A stretch of DNA of 55,098 nucleotides, counting the filler, from Squatina squatina (lineage: Eukaryota): NCBI GenBank assembly GCA_031763465.1. It is 3 parts of 3 records of this genome, joined end to end, with 100 filler letters (N's around TTAATTAATTAA, not from the genome) between each part and the next. Parts side by side here need not be neighbours in the genome. Positions count along the whole stretch, not along the records: positions 1 to 16,275 come from JARFOE010000168.1; positions 16,376 to 29,206 come from JARFOE010000073.1; 1 more part is not named here. One strand, 5' to 3'. A program made the position numbers and the translations under genes. Shown here piece by piece: positions 12,600 through 23,651 of the stretch. Each line of letters starts with the position of its first letter. Positions within the stretch are counted from its first letter, which is position 1. Below the pieces are notes generated by a model. That model saw only the letters and a program-made list of their open reading frames with translations. It did not search any database and was not told where the DNA came from.

Positions 12600-13130
12600 A
12601 AGGCCACAACACATAGGGTCAGAATCTAGGAAAATGGTAAAAATGCAAAATGAAACGCACTTTAAATGAATTAGCTCAGCATTTGCAAATACTTAAATAA
12701 ATTAATGGCACAAATTGAAGTAAATGGCGATGATCTCATTGCCACTGCAGAGACGCGGCTGGGAACTGAACATTGAAGGTTATTCGACATTTAGGGAGGT
12801 TAAGCAAAACGGAAAGGAGGAGTGTCGGGCTGTTGATACAATAGCGAGGAAGGATCTTGGCACAGAAGATCAAGATGTAGGTTCGATTTAGGTGGAGCTA
12901 AGAAAGAGCAATGGGCAGAAAACATTGGTGGGATTTGAATTTAGGCGACCAAACCACAGCGCTGAGGTAGGGAACGGTAAAAATCAGGAAATATTTTGCA
13001 TGTAACAAAGGTAATAGTCACAATGAGGGACATTAATCTACATATAGATTGCACAAACCAAATTCGCACTATCATGTGCAATGTATGTGAGATGGCTTTC
13101 CAGACCAGTATGTTGAGGAACCAACTAGGG
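12600..13130 (+). mobile_element. CR1 ORF2 N-terminal (APE endonuclease) remnant
   Basis: LMAQIEVNGDDLIATAET.L...EGYSTFR; later RRPNHS and IVTMRDINLHID resemble CR1 endonuclease motifs. Confidence 0.65.
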
Positions 13131-13134
13131 AACT

Positions 13135-13870
13135 GGAGATGTGGGAAATCAGGGTCACTTCCAGGCAAGTTCATGGCACCATGGGTGGCTCTGCTGCACA
13201 GGAGGGGAGGAAAAACAGCGGGAGAGCTATAGGGATAGGGGATTCGATTGTAAGGGGAAAATAGGCGTTTCTTTGGCCGCAAACGAGACTTCAGGATGGT
13301 ATGTTGCCTCCCTAGTGCAAGGGGCAAGGATGTTTCGGACCGGCTGCAGGGCATTCCGGTGGGGGAGGGTGAACAAACAGTTGTGGTGCCTATAGGTACC
13401 AACGATACAGTGAAAAAAAAACGGGAGCAGGTCCTAAAAGCTGAATATAGGGAGTTAGGAAGTCAATTAAAAAATAGGACCAAAAAGGTAGCATTTTCAG
13501 GATTACTATCATTGCCACGTGCTGGTCAGAGTAGAAGTAGCAGGATATTTCAGATGAATACGTGGGTAGAGGAATGGTGCAAGTGAGAGGGATTCAAATT
13601 CCTGGGTCTTTGGAACTGGTTCTGGAGAAGATGGGACCAGTGCAAACTGGACGGTTTGCAACTGGGCAGGACGGCACTGTTGTCCTCAGGGGACTGTTTG
13701 CAAGTGCTGTTGGGGAGGGTTGAATACAAAATGGCAGCGGGTTGGGAACCTGTGCAGGGACTGAGACGAAAGTGAAACAAGGATATAAGCAAAAGATAGG
13801 AAGAGAAAAGCAAAAGTGGAAAGCAGAATAATCAACAGCGAAATTGAAACATTGCCACAGAAAAAAAAAT
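13135..13870 (+). mobile_element. CR1 ORF1 remnant (SGNH/GDSL esterase domain)
   Basis: IGDSIVRG...RMVCCLPSARGKDVSDRLQ...VVVPIGTND...FSGLL...MNTWVEEWCK*EGFKFL..W..FW.RWD..KLDGLQL contains the GDS, GTND and DGLHL-type blocks. Confidence 0.85.
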
Positions 13871-16067
13871 ACTGCTAAAAGTACATCTGTAATCAACTAA
13901 AAAAGTGAGAATTTCACAATTTGTGGGGGAAAGAAAAGGAGAACAAGTAGTCTGCAGTTTGTACAGTATCCCATCATGTTCTCCTCAAGGAATATCCCCA
14001 GTGTCCTTTACATCATAAAGTATTCCATTCAGTTTACTGCATAATGTGCTCTGTAGGCAAAGCCTGCACTGTACTAGTGACAATGACTAATGCAACCTGT
14101 CAAATGGCTCCTACCAGCCAACCAAGCAGGTGTTGCCTAGCTGGTGAGTTCCACATTGAAACACAGCTGTTCACACAGTGACACATCATAATTCGGGGTC
14201 TGTGGAGCTCAGCACGCTGATCCCTCAGGTCAAGACTCCATTGAAACACCCTCCCTCATAGAAATCTCAATCAGATTGAGCAAGACATCTCCCAGACTGA
14301 GTGTTAATCCCCTTGGATATAAAGTGGGCTGGCCAATCCCACCATCTACCCTCCAAATATGGCATCTCACGCTCCTCCTTGCAACCTCAGTGTGTTGAAA
14401 TGAAGACTCATTGTGCCATCTTCTACTTGAACTCTGTTTCCCCCAAACCTGCTTACCTGCTTCAATCTTTCTTTCCTTCTAAAATCTACAGGCTTCTGAA
14501 ACCCAAGCTTGGTGTTACTTACCTTGTGGCTACTTTGTGACATCTTGCCTTCTCTTTTATTCTTCTCACCTTTAGTGGTGTCCTGTACCTCATACCTTGA
14601 CCCATCACCCAGGACTCTCAATAAAAAAAAATTGCACACTTGAGATGCCAGCGGGTATTAAACACGCTAGATGCCAGGAAGTTTGTGCCCAACATATCTG
14701 GGGTAATGAATCATACATCCGACACACATACAGCCTTAATTCACTGGGAGCTATTAACCTATTGCTTTGGGAGGAATTAACTTCGGTCCCAATGCACTGG
14801 GAGATATTGTCTTCAGCACCTGGCTATTAAATTTGATTTCCATTGTACAAGGAGGAGGTAACTCCAGTCTGATACACTGGGAAGTGTTAACCTCAATGCC
14901 CCACGCACTAATAAAGTCTTAAAGTCCGGCATTTATATAGTGCCTTTTACGANNNNNNNNNNNNNNNNNNNNNNNNNNNNNNNNNNNNNNNNNNNNNNNN
15001 NNNNNNNNNNNNNNNNNNNNNNNNNNNNNNNNNNNNNNNNNNNNNNNNNNNNAAATCCCTTCAAGTTGTTTGACGTCATTCCACCCACGACCAAGCCACA
15101 TCTAATTATTTATGCAGGCCTGGGAACATCCTGCAATCGGGAGACTCCACAGGGGAATAAGTGGCAGAAACGATCATTTCATTCTGAGGAAATCCAATAC
15201 CAGCGATTTATTCGAAAGACTTCCTGAACCATCCTTTTCAAGCAGTGACCTTTACTCAAGGATGGCATCAATGTTGTTTAGTTTGCACTGTCTTGTGAGT
15301 CAGAAAAATGAAATAGCTCTCTCTTCAGTTTCCTCCGAGCCATTATAATTTGCTGTACTAAGAGCAGTGAGGGGAACTGGATCAGAAATATTGATTCTCC
15401 CACATTTTCTGTGCTTATGCTCTATGCTATATTTTATATATATTTTAATTCTATAGGGTTAAAATCTATAATACAGCCTTTATTTACTATCAGTTTAATA
15501 AGACTGAATCCCTTGAAAGATTCCCACCCTTTGGGAAACAGCTTGGTTCACCATATCTTTTGCCTTTTTTACATTAAGAGCATATCTTTACTAAAGATCA
15601 ATATTTTTCCATCACCTAGTGCAGAAGATATAATCATTGGGGTTCGACTGCATAGCAAGAACAAGTGGACCATTAACTTCAGTTGTTGAATTTGGCACAG
15701 ATTCTTCCAGTTAAATTCATGACAACTTAAAATAGCCCATTGTTTTCAAACATTAATAATTTGAGACATGACACATTGTCGCAGACTGTTGGGTGAATTT
15801 GATTTATTCAAACAATATTTAAAATTGTTTTGATCTGATTGATGCTTGGCGAATGGTTCCCTGGGCAACAGCTGTTTGGCAGGAAACTGATCCAAGTGGC
15901 CTGTCGGAGACTTGCATTAAATATTGCAGGAGCAAGAGTAAGGTGCATGTAGAATGCATGCACAAGCTGCCCTGCCATCTGTAATCTTATCCAGAATTGA
16001 GTTACATATTGGAACAGTCTTGCTCAAGTTGATAAAATTTAATCCTTAAATACTTTCTTATACATAA

Positions 16068-16275
16068 GGGCTCCAATTCGTCTGACCTCGCGCCCAGATT
16101 GCGGCGATTAGCGGTGCAATCCAAGCGCGAAATCAGCGCAGAGGTCTAAAAATTAAAATTGCAGAATTGGGCCTGTTGTCCCGGTGGTGTAGATGCTCCA
16201 CCGCTGGTGGCACAGGTACCGGCGCGCAAAGTCATATCATCGCACGCCGACCCCTCTCCTCCTGCCTGCGACCCC
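16068..16275. mobile_element. Terminus of a CpG-rich Harbinger-like element
   Basis: Begins gggctccaattcg, similar to gggtggccaattcg at 48502; cut by the spacer. Confidence 0.45.
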
Positions 16276-16319
16276 NNNNNNNNNNNNNNNNNNNNNNNNN
16301 NNNNNNNNNNNNNNNNNNN

Positions 16320-16331
16320 TTAATTAATTAA
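16320..16331. other. Artificial six-frame-stop scaffold spacer
   Basis: TTAATTAATTAA between two 44-N runs; same structure at 29251. Confidence 0.95.
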
Positions 16332-16375
16332 NNNNNNNNNNNNNNNNNNNNNNNNNNNNNNNNNNNNNNNNNNNN

Positions 16376-16458
16376 ATACCCTTGTCTTGCAAAATATACC
16401 CTTGTCTTGCAAAATATACCCTTGTCTTGCAAAATGTACCCTTGCCTTGAAAAATATA
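16376..16458. repeat. 20-bp tandem repeat, ~4 copies
   Basis: atacccttgtcttgcaaaat repeated. Confidence 0.9.
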
Positions 16459-17598
16459 GCCTCATGAAGCAAAACATTGCCCTCAAAGCATTGAGAGACC
16501 ACGGGGGTTACATTTCCCCCTCACAAGCATAAATTAAACCAGTATCATAGTACCCACGGTACTATGTCATTATTCACACGGGCTCTATCTAATGCTTTTC
16601 TAATGCTGAAGTTAAATCAATATTTCAGTGTTTTTATAATATCTTTCTTTTGACAGTTGGTGTGGTGCTGGTAAAAGTGAAGTGGGACCATTGAATCAGC
16701 TCCGGGAAACATCACTCAGTTCTGCTAGCTATGTGACGACTACAACATAGCATCATGGATAGTTAGAGGTAACTGATAAAACTATTATTTGATCAAATGG
16801 TGGCAGAAACCATGAACATGAAGTGCGGGTCGATTTTAAATATCTTCTGAACCTCAAGATTAAATTATAGCCCTTTACTCACAACCTTTCATTTGTTATT
16901 TATTATAATATATAAAATGGTCTCCGTACAATGAGAATAATAAGGACAATTAACAGGAGTAGTGCTAAAATTATATCGAGTAAAGGCTGAGAAACTATCA
17001 AGACAACCAGTTCAGAAGAATGGTTCAACTGAATTACAGGAAACATATGAGATTTTTTTTAGTGCCGGAGGAAATTTATTCAGGAGAATTATGAGCCTAG
17101 CATATATAATACTGTCCTTTTAATAACACAGCAAGTAGTTATGCTACTGAGGAATGAATCAATATAAATTCACAATTTTTTAGCATATTTAGAAGCTATT
17201 GTAAATGGAAAATGTTTTCAGCCAATAAATAATATTAATTGTTCTTTTGAAGATTCAATACTAAAAGTAAAGAGAATATTAATTTTACAGAAGTAATAGA
17301 ATAGATGTACATGCAGAGCTTTAGAGCCTGCAGTCCTCTAAAGGTCCAAACATTTCATGTGCTAATTTTATTCAAAGGTAGATTTCAAACTCCTTTGATG
17401 AAAGCTTCGACACAGTCTAAAACACCAGCAGCTGGTTTTTTCGAGAGTGATTCTGAAGAGACATTAATATTTATAAGGGATTATTCTTTCCTTTACAATT
17501 GAAGGAAAATGGATCCTCAAAATCAAAGAGGAACAGATTTCCAATATAATTCTTAAAGCTGTTCTAGTTACTTGAAGGTAAGGAGAATGATACTTTAC

Positions 17599-17754
17599 TG
17601 TATACATGCAGTATTCAACAATAGCAGGCTTGGGGTCCAAACCAGGAAATTCCTTCGACAAAAAGTCGCTCACAAAGTTTACGTCCTGGGAAGACTGTTG
17701 AAATGTGATATCACGTTCATCTGGGTCAGCATCGCTGCCACTGTGGTAGCAGAC
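17599..17754 (-). CDS. PIPOX: PIPOX (peroxisomal sarcosine/pipecolate oxidase) exon, equivalent to human exon ~6
   Basis: Acceptor cattctccctgtag| and donor ACA|GTAAAG. VCYHSGSDADPDERDITFQQSSQDVNFVSDFLSKEFPGLDPKPAIVEYCMYT matches remembered PIPOX VSYHHGNHADPEERD...PEPAVIESCMYT. 156 nt, phase 0-0. Confidence 0.9.
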
Positions 17755-18464
17755 CTACAGGGAGAATGTTGTGCAGAAGATTACATGCAACATTTTCTCA
17801 ACTTTTAATAGTGTACATCCAAAGCACAATTTGTGGATTGATTTCTGCTGTGCACGATGAATTAGGTCGANNNNNNNNNNNNNNNNNNNNNNNNNNNNNN
17901 NNNNNNNNNNNNNNNNNNNNNNNNNNNNNNNNNNNNNNNNNNNNNNNNNNNNNNNNNNNNNNNNNNNNNNCGGACAGCACGGTTTGGTTGCAAGCCACAA
18001 CAGCCCGGGTCCTGCCTGTACAGGTACCACGCATACAATGACCGTTTCTCCTGAGTCACCAATCGCTTATTCCAGTAGACGGGTTGGGAATCCGAAATCT
18101 GGCTGCGCCAAAAAAAATGCAGATTTTATAATATGTGTGGAATTTGTGCAATGCTGGGGGGAAGCCGGGAAGGACAGGAACCAGCCAGGGCTCTGTTAGC
18201 AGCTGATGTGGGAGGACATCTACAGTCAGGATTAATGATTACAAAGCAATCACTGCAAAGTATATTGAATGATAATTCTCCGCTGATTGCCAGGAGTGCA
18301 ACACTGTCAGTGTATATTATGCCCAAACAAAATTCCTGGAACACTTTACTGTAATGTAACTTTGATTGCATTGATGAATTTGGAGGTCACGTTAGACTGA
18401 GCGCCATCACGGAATGATGTTACTGCAAGCTGAGTATGAGTAAGGTCCATTGAATACCCTGTAC

Positions 18465-18647
18465 CTTCAGAGGAAGCTGTAGTCCTACAAGCTTCAATAG
18501 TTTACTTGTCCAAGGTCCAGCGGCAATCACCAGACTTTTTGCTCTGTAAACTCCAGCGTTGGTTGTCACGGTAACCAGAGATCCAGGCTGTATACCAACA
18601 ACTTGTTCACCATCATGAATGGTTCCTCCAAACCTCCGGAACAAATC
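18465..18647 (-). CDS. PIPOX: PIPOX exon, equivalent to human exon ~4
   Basis: Acceptor TTGCAG|GAT and donor AAG|GTACAG. DLFRRFGGTIHDGEQVVGIQPGSLVTVTTNAGVYRAKSLVIAAGPWTSKLLKLVGLQLPLK matches PIPOX ...YQAKSLVITAGPWT. 183 nt. Confidence 0.92.
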
Positions 18648-19081
18648 CTGCAACAGATTCAATTTTGAATTGTGAAACCATGTAGAACACATCATTATTT
18701 CTAATAATTATTTCTCCCTGATCCAGAAAATATATTTATGCATATCGTAAGGAACTGGAGAGATCTATTTTTTTTTACCCTCATGGTGACAATCTATCTC
18801 CCTTTCCGATTTAAATTATTAAACTTTTCTCACATTCCAGTTATCTGTTAACCGCTTTCTCTGCCTTTTATCTCTTCAACCCATTGTCCCAGTGGAACAG
18901 AATTAGTTAAAGACATCCTCTATATTAATGCATTTTATTGAACTTTTGCTTCACAAAGCCCAGCTGTAGTGTTGGAAGGTTNNNNNNNNNNNNNNNNNNN
19001 NNNNNNNNNNNNNNNNNNNNNNNNNNNNNNNNNNNNNNNNNNNNNNNNNNNNNNNNNNNNNNNNNNNNNNNNNNNNNNNNN

Positions 19082-19212
19082 GTCTCTCGACGCAGCCTCT
19101 CGATGCAGTCTCTCGACGCAGCCTCTCGATGCAGTCTCTCGACGCAGCCTCTCGACGCAGCCGGCAGGTAAGTTTTGTCCCAGTTTGGTCTTCCTAAAAT
19201 CTGGTCACCCTA
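19082..19212. mobile_element. Right end of a hAT-Blackjack-like MITE containing a 13-bp tandem array
   Basis: The 13-mer ctctcga(c/t)gcag(c/t) occurs ~6 times, followed by ttgtcccagtttgg...atctggtcacccta, the reverse complement of TAGGGTGACCA (MER81/MER94-type TIR). Confidence 0.7.
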
Positions 19213-20799
19213 TTTGTGGGGCCAGGAGAAACAGGAGTGCTCCTCTGAGCCCACATGCTGCTACCCATGTCCTGGACCACCTCCACCCCACCTTTCGCTC
19301 CCACAAGACTCTCCCGAAACCCCCTCCCTGCAAATTGCCGGTGACCTTTCCAATAGTGCTGGCGGTCTCTGACTGCCTGAACATCCTCTTCTGACAAACA
19401 GACAGCTGATCGGTGGCATGCAGATGAGGCCCGGCCCGGGAGTTCAAATATCCCAGGCCTCAAACTAAACCCAGCGGTGAGTGCGCTTCACGCTCATTCT
19501 GCTATCCCGGCCCAAAACCACTTGGGGGTCAAAATGCACCCTATAATATATCAGGAAGGAGTAAAGGAGGTCAAGCTGTAATTATTTGCACTCGCTTGCT
19601 CAAAGGAAAATTGGGCTGAAGAGCTTCAGAAGGCGGGAGTTGTAAAATGATCTCAGTGAATACAAATAGGAACTTTGCATGCTTTCATGCTAAGATACCC
19701 ACATTAATAGCTAAGTCATAAGTATCTAAATTAATTCATGAGCATACACTTGTGTGGAAAGTCGTTATTTCCACACTGCTGTTCTAATATTGAACNNNNN
19801 NNNNNNNNNNNNNNNNNNNNNNNNNNNNNNNNNNNNNNNNNNNNNNNNNNNNNNNNNNNNNNNNNNNNNNNNNNNNNNNNNNNNNNNNNNNNNNNATAAT
19901 TCTAAAGCGAATTTGATAAAAAAAGATTCTGCTAAATCTTATTCTGAGCACATATTTTTATATCCACATTGGGAACTAAGTGTACATCCAATGAATACCA
20001 GCGATGTAGAGTTTAGTGATTGAGAGGACCACAGAATTACTAGTCTTCTCAGGTGCTACTTTTCTTTACATGCTCACTTGTACAGGTCTGGTACGATTAC
20101 GAGGAAATTACCTTGCACATAACACTGAAAATTGAAGGCAGTGTGTATACCCTGATAGGCAGTTCATTTGAAAATGGATGGACCTCTGGAATAAATGAAG
20201 CAAAAGCCTTAAACTGGAACTGGAGCGATCGTCCACTTCCTGCCAGCAGAGGTTTGAAAGGAATCCGTCAACAGTGCTATTTTGGCAAAATAGCACATTC
20301 ACATCAAATATATCAAACAGAATTTCAGATTCGTATAAATGACAATTTTTTTTGACAGTTCTACCCGCTGCTCTCCTGTCAGAAGGAATGGATTAATGGG
20401 TTAGGAAGTTAAAGAAATTTTACAAAATAAAAATAATTTGAATTATGAATAGTGGTTTGGTCTTACCAATTTGCATGATCCCAAGACTCCACTTGCAATG
20501 GTTCACAGCCTAACTGAAGGTGTTGTGGGATTTNNNNNNNNNNNNNNNNNNNNNNNNNNNNNNNNNNNNNNNNNNNNNNNNNNNNNNNNNNNNNNNNNNN
20601 NNNNNNNNNNNNNNNNNNNNNNNNNNNNNNNNNGAAATGCCTCTGTGGAAATACCGACAGATTGATGCACGAATGTACAGAGCACAGAGCATTAATGAGC
20701 ACAAAATTCAGAAAATACCTGTACAAAATTCCCTATGAGCTGAACACTCAATTTTAGCTTGCGGCAAAATCTCACAAAACAAAAGTGTGTGACCTTGCA

Positions 20800-21245
20800 T
20801 ACCTACTAGGATAAAAGGATTGGCAGATATCCAAACTTAAGTAGCAACCTCTCCAAAGCTGATTTTAAACAGAGCTTTTTTTTGGTGGGACCAGTTCCTT
20901 TAGTGAGGGTACATTTTCATACATATGGTCCTTCACTGATGAAATGGATGCTAAATAATTTAACAGTAAAACAAATATTAGCATAATCTTATTGTCTTTA
21001 GTTGATCCCCTGGCAATCGCATTAACAAATAATTCATATCAATACTTTCCTTGCCCTTGGCATGGCTGGTTTTATGTAAATTTTTGCTTCACTTCCCCTA
21101 TTGTCTAACTGACTCTCCAAACTGCCGTTCACACCTGCTTTCTACCTGATTTTTACTTATGCCAGCAAAGGTCAGCAAGCGTTGCTAAGCTTTAAGCATT
21201 TTATTTTTTAACCCTTAACCCATGTTTAGCCAATCTTCCCCTACA
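20800..21245 (-). mobile_element. Putative 3' LTR (distal boundary uncertain)
   Basis: Starts TGTAG at 21245, immediately after the polypurine tract AAAAGGGGGGAAAT and downstream of an env-like frame. Confidence 0.55.
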
Positions 21246-21260
21246 ATTTCCCCCCTTTTG
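21246..21260 (-). promoter_or_regulatory. Retroviral-type polypurine tract
   Basis: CAAAAGGGGGGAAAT|TG on the minus strand, the same layout as classical retroviral PPT-U3 junctions. Confidence 0.7.
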
Positions 21261-21370
21261 GCCCTTGGCTAATTACTGCCCAAGGAGCCAACTTACTTCC
21301 TGTTGTTACCCCAATCGTTTCCCCTCCTCCTTCGACTGGCCAGGTTGTGGAGTCAGCTTCGCGATTTGGT

Positions 21371-21806
21371 TCACGCCAAGAATATGTTCTGATATTTTGG
21401 CCTTCTCGGCTGGTACGCGCTATCCCTCCTTAACATTCGCGTGCACTCATTTATTTCCTCCTGTCCCCTTGCCTGCTTCCATTTCCTAAACTGAACTCTT
21501 TGGGCATAGGTGTAGTATATAAACCACAGCACCAGCAATAGCTATATAACTACTAACACATGTGATAATATTCTGATCCAGGGGTGCACCCGTACGTTCA
21601 GGCCCCAATTCCATTTGTCCTCCCACCAGCTAGAATTGTCCATCTCCTCTATTTCCTCCCTCAGTCATTTGCTGTTGTTCGAGCTGATAAAGAGTCGGTC
21701 CATCTGCTCAGCGGACTGTTTCCCTTCTTTCAGACTCTCGGGGAGGTTTGGTATTTCATAACCAAACTGCACCTCATACTTAAGCAAGTCCTCCTTTAAC
21801 CCTTCG
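21371..21806 (-). pseudogene. env-like transmembrane subunit C-terminus of an endogenous retrovirus/LTR element
   Basis: EGLKEDLLKYEVQFGYEIPNLPESLKE...*LREEIEEMDNSSWWEDKWNWGLNVRVHPWIRILSHVLVVI*LLLVLWFIYYTYAQRVQFRKWKQAR...NIFLA*. This reads as heptad-like segment, Trp-rich membrane-proximal region, TM helix and basic tail. Stops at 21667-21665 and 21544-21542. Confidence 0.7.
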
Positions 21807-23023
21807 NNNNNNNNNNNNNNNNNNNNNNNNNNNNNNNNNNNNNNNNNNNNNNNNNNNNNNNNNNNNNNNNNNNNNNNNNNNNNNNNNNNNNNNNNNNNNN
21901 NNNNNNCACACACACACACACCTTGTTTCTGCTCTCATTCATTCCTCGGGTCTCCCAGGAGCACCAACCAGAGCTTGTATTCGGAATTCATTCAAAATTA
22001 ATACTGCATTTCTCTCCAGTGCAAAGAACAAAGGCATAACCAAGATGCAGTGAAAGAATACAATGACCACCAGAAGTATAGATGGAAAAGCAGGTGCAAG
22101 AAATCAAGTGGGGTCACTGCCTTCTCTTCCATGCACCTTCGCCTTGCTTTCCAAAATGTTGCAAACGCTCTGCCTCTCCTGCTGGAAAAGGTGACGGGGA
22201 GAATCCTTCCACGACTCTGATTTGAGAAGCTGTTGCGAAAGCAGATGTCGTCATAAAGCCCTTCACTGATTCAATCAACTGGAGAAAAGCAACCACCCTT
22301 CCTATTTTGCTTGTGGATCATGAAAATATATGTTCAATTAAGCCTAATTATTTAGACCATTACCTAATTGAATCTGATAGGCATTTAGCAATTAATTTAA
22401 TGTTACTGTATTGTACAGGTATGAAATGCAAGTCGCTATTAAATATACATTATGAAATACTTTGCAGTGCTGTATTTACTCATGTGGATCTGCTATTTTC
22501 ACTGTTTAATGTACTCCTTCAGAGTTAAAAAAAAACATATTCAGTACAAACATGTCCTGAAGCAAACTCTTTATTTTTTCACAGAGGATGTAATATAATG
22601 AAAAAAGGATCACTGAGCATCAAAATAAAGACAATATTGAGCACACCTCTATAATAACGAGAGATTATCAGGCAAGCTATATATATGTTGCAACTTGTTC
22701 TCAAAAGCTGGTTTGGACCACTGAGAAATTTATTTTCCTTACATTGAATTATATTTTCCACACTGAAACGTCAGTAGATTTTTCCCCCCAATTTTCACAG
22801 TTGCTGACTTTTCCTCGACGTGCCTATTCAACTGAACTGGACCAGTGACTAATATTGCTCAAGACATCAGAGCCAACACAATGCTGTGGCCAAAAGGAAA
22901 ATTAAAAACAAACACTANNNNNNNNNNNNNNNNNNNNNNNNNNNNNNNNNNNNNNNNNNNNNNNNNNNNNNNNNNNNNNNNNNNNNNNNNNNNNNNNNNN
23001 NNNNNNNNNNNNNNNNNACTCAC

Positions 23024-23195
23024 CATTGTCGCCTTTTTCTTGATGAGGGGACAAAGGTGGTGTGCCCCCAGCCATGGCCTCCCCTGCTTCCAATCCTATA
23101 ATGCGCGCAACATCCCTCTCGAGGGCAGACAACTCTGGGACTTCGCCATCCTCTCCATTTCTCCTCCTCGCTCTCCTCAATGCCTCCACTTTCGC
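23024..23195 (-). CDS. Harbinger Myb/SANT-like protein, exon 2
   Basis: Acceptor tttctccttcttttggcag|GCG and donor AATG|GTGAGT. AKVEALRRARRRNGEDGEVPELSALERDVARIIG resembles the NAIF1-type post-SANT helix (LTPxExRIxxLLG). Confidence 0.8.
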
Positions 23196-23402
23196 CTGCC
23201 AAAAGAAGGAGAAATGAAAGATTGGGAGATGTCTCCTTGCAAATAGTGAGGTCCTGCAACTGGCAATGGGCGTGCCAAGCCCAGTGTGCATGATAATGCT
23301 GTGAGCATTCGTCAGCAGCTCGCCCACTGTGTGAAGGCAATGGAGTTGAACAAGGGAGAACACAACCGATGTATGGGCCATAGTGAAAAGGCTTACACTC
23401 AC

Positions 23403-23651
23403 CCTTACAATCCGCATGAGATCATTACATTTTTTTCTGCATTGATTTGGGGTCCTTAGAGTCACTTCCACTTCTTCTGACACTTCTCCCCATCCTCTTT
23501 GAATCATTCTTGCAGAACCCCTTCTCCCAGCCACAGGGAACAGCATTGCCGCCCTTCTCTCTATTGCCTGTACAAGTGCCTGCAGGGCAGCCTTAGTGAA
23601 CCGTGGTGCCCTTACCCTGGGTCTACCTCCCACCTCCATTTTCAAAACCAT
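23403..23651 (-). CDS. Harbinger Myb/SANT-like (trihelix) DNA-binding protein, exon 1
   Basis: RAPRFTKAALQALVQAIERRAAMLF...WGEVSEEVEV..RTPNQCRKKCNDL is the Myb/SANT-like signature of NAIF1/MSANTD-type proteins. Donor AGG|GTGAGT; ATG at 23651 or 23639. Confidence 0.85.

Noticed and set aside
16320-16331. TTAA-repeat palindrome as a piggyBac target or regulatory site
   Set aside because: Symmetrically embedded in N runs twice; it is an assembly linker.
23403-23651. Host NAIF1/MSANTD orthologue
   Set aside because: It lies inside a TIR-ended repeat with a second decayed copy in the window, and only domain-level similarity is visible, so no gene symbol is given.
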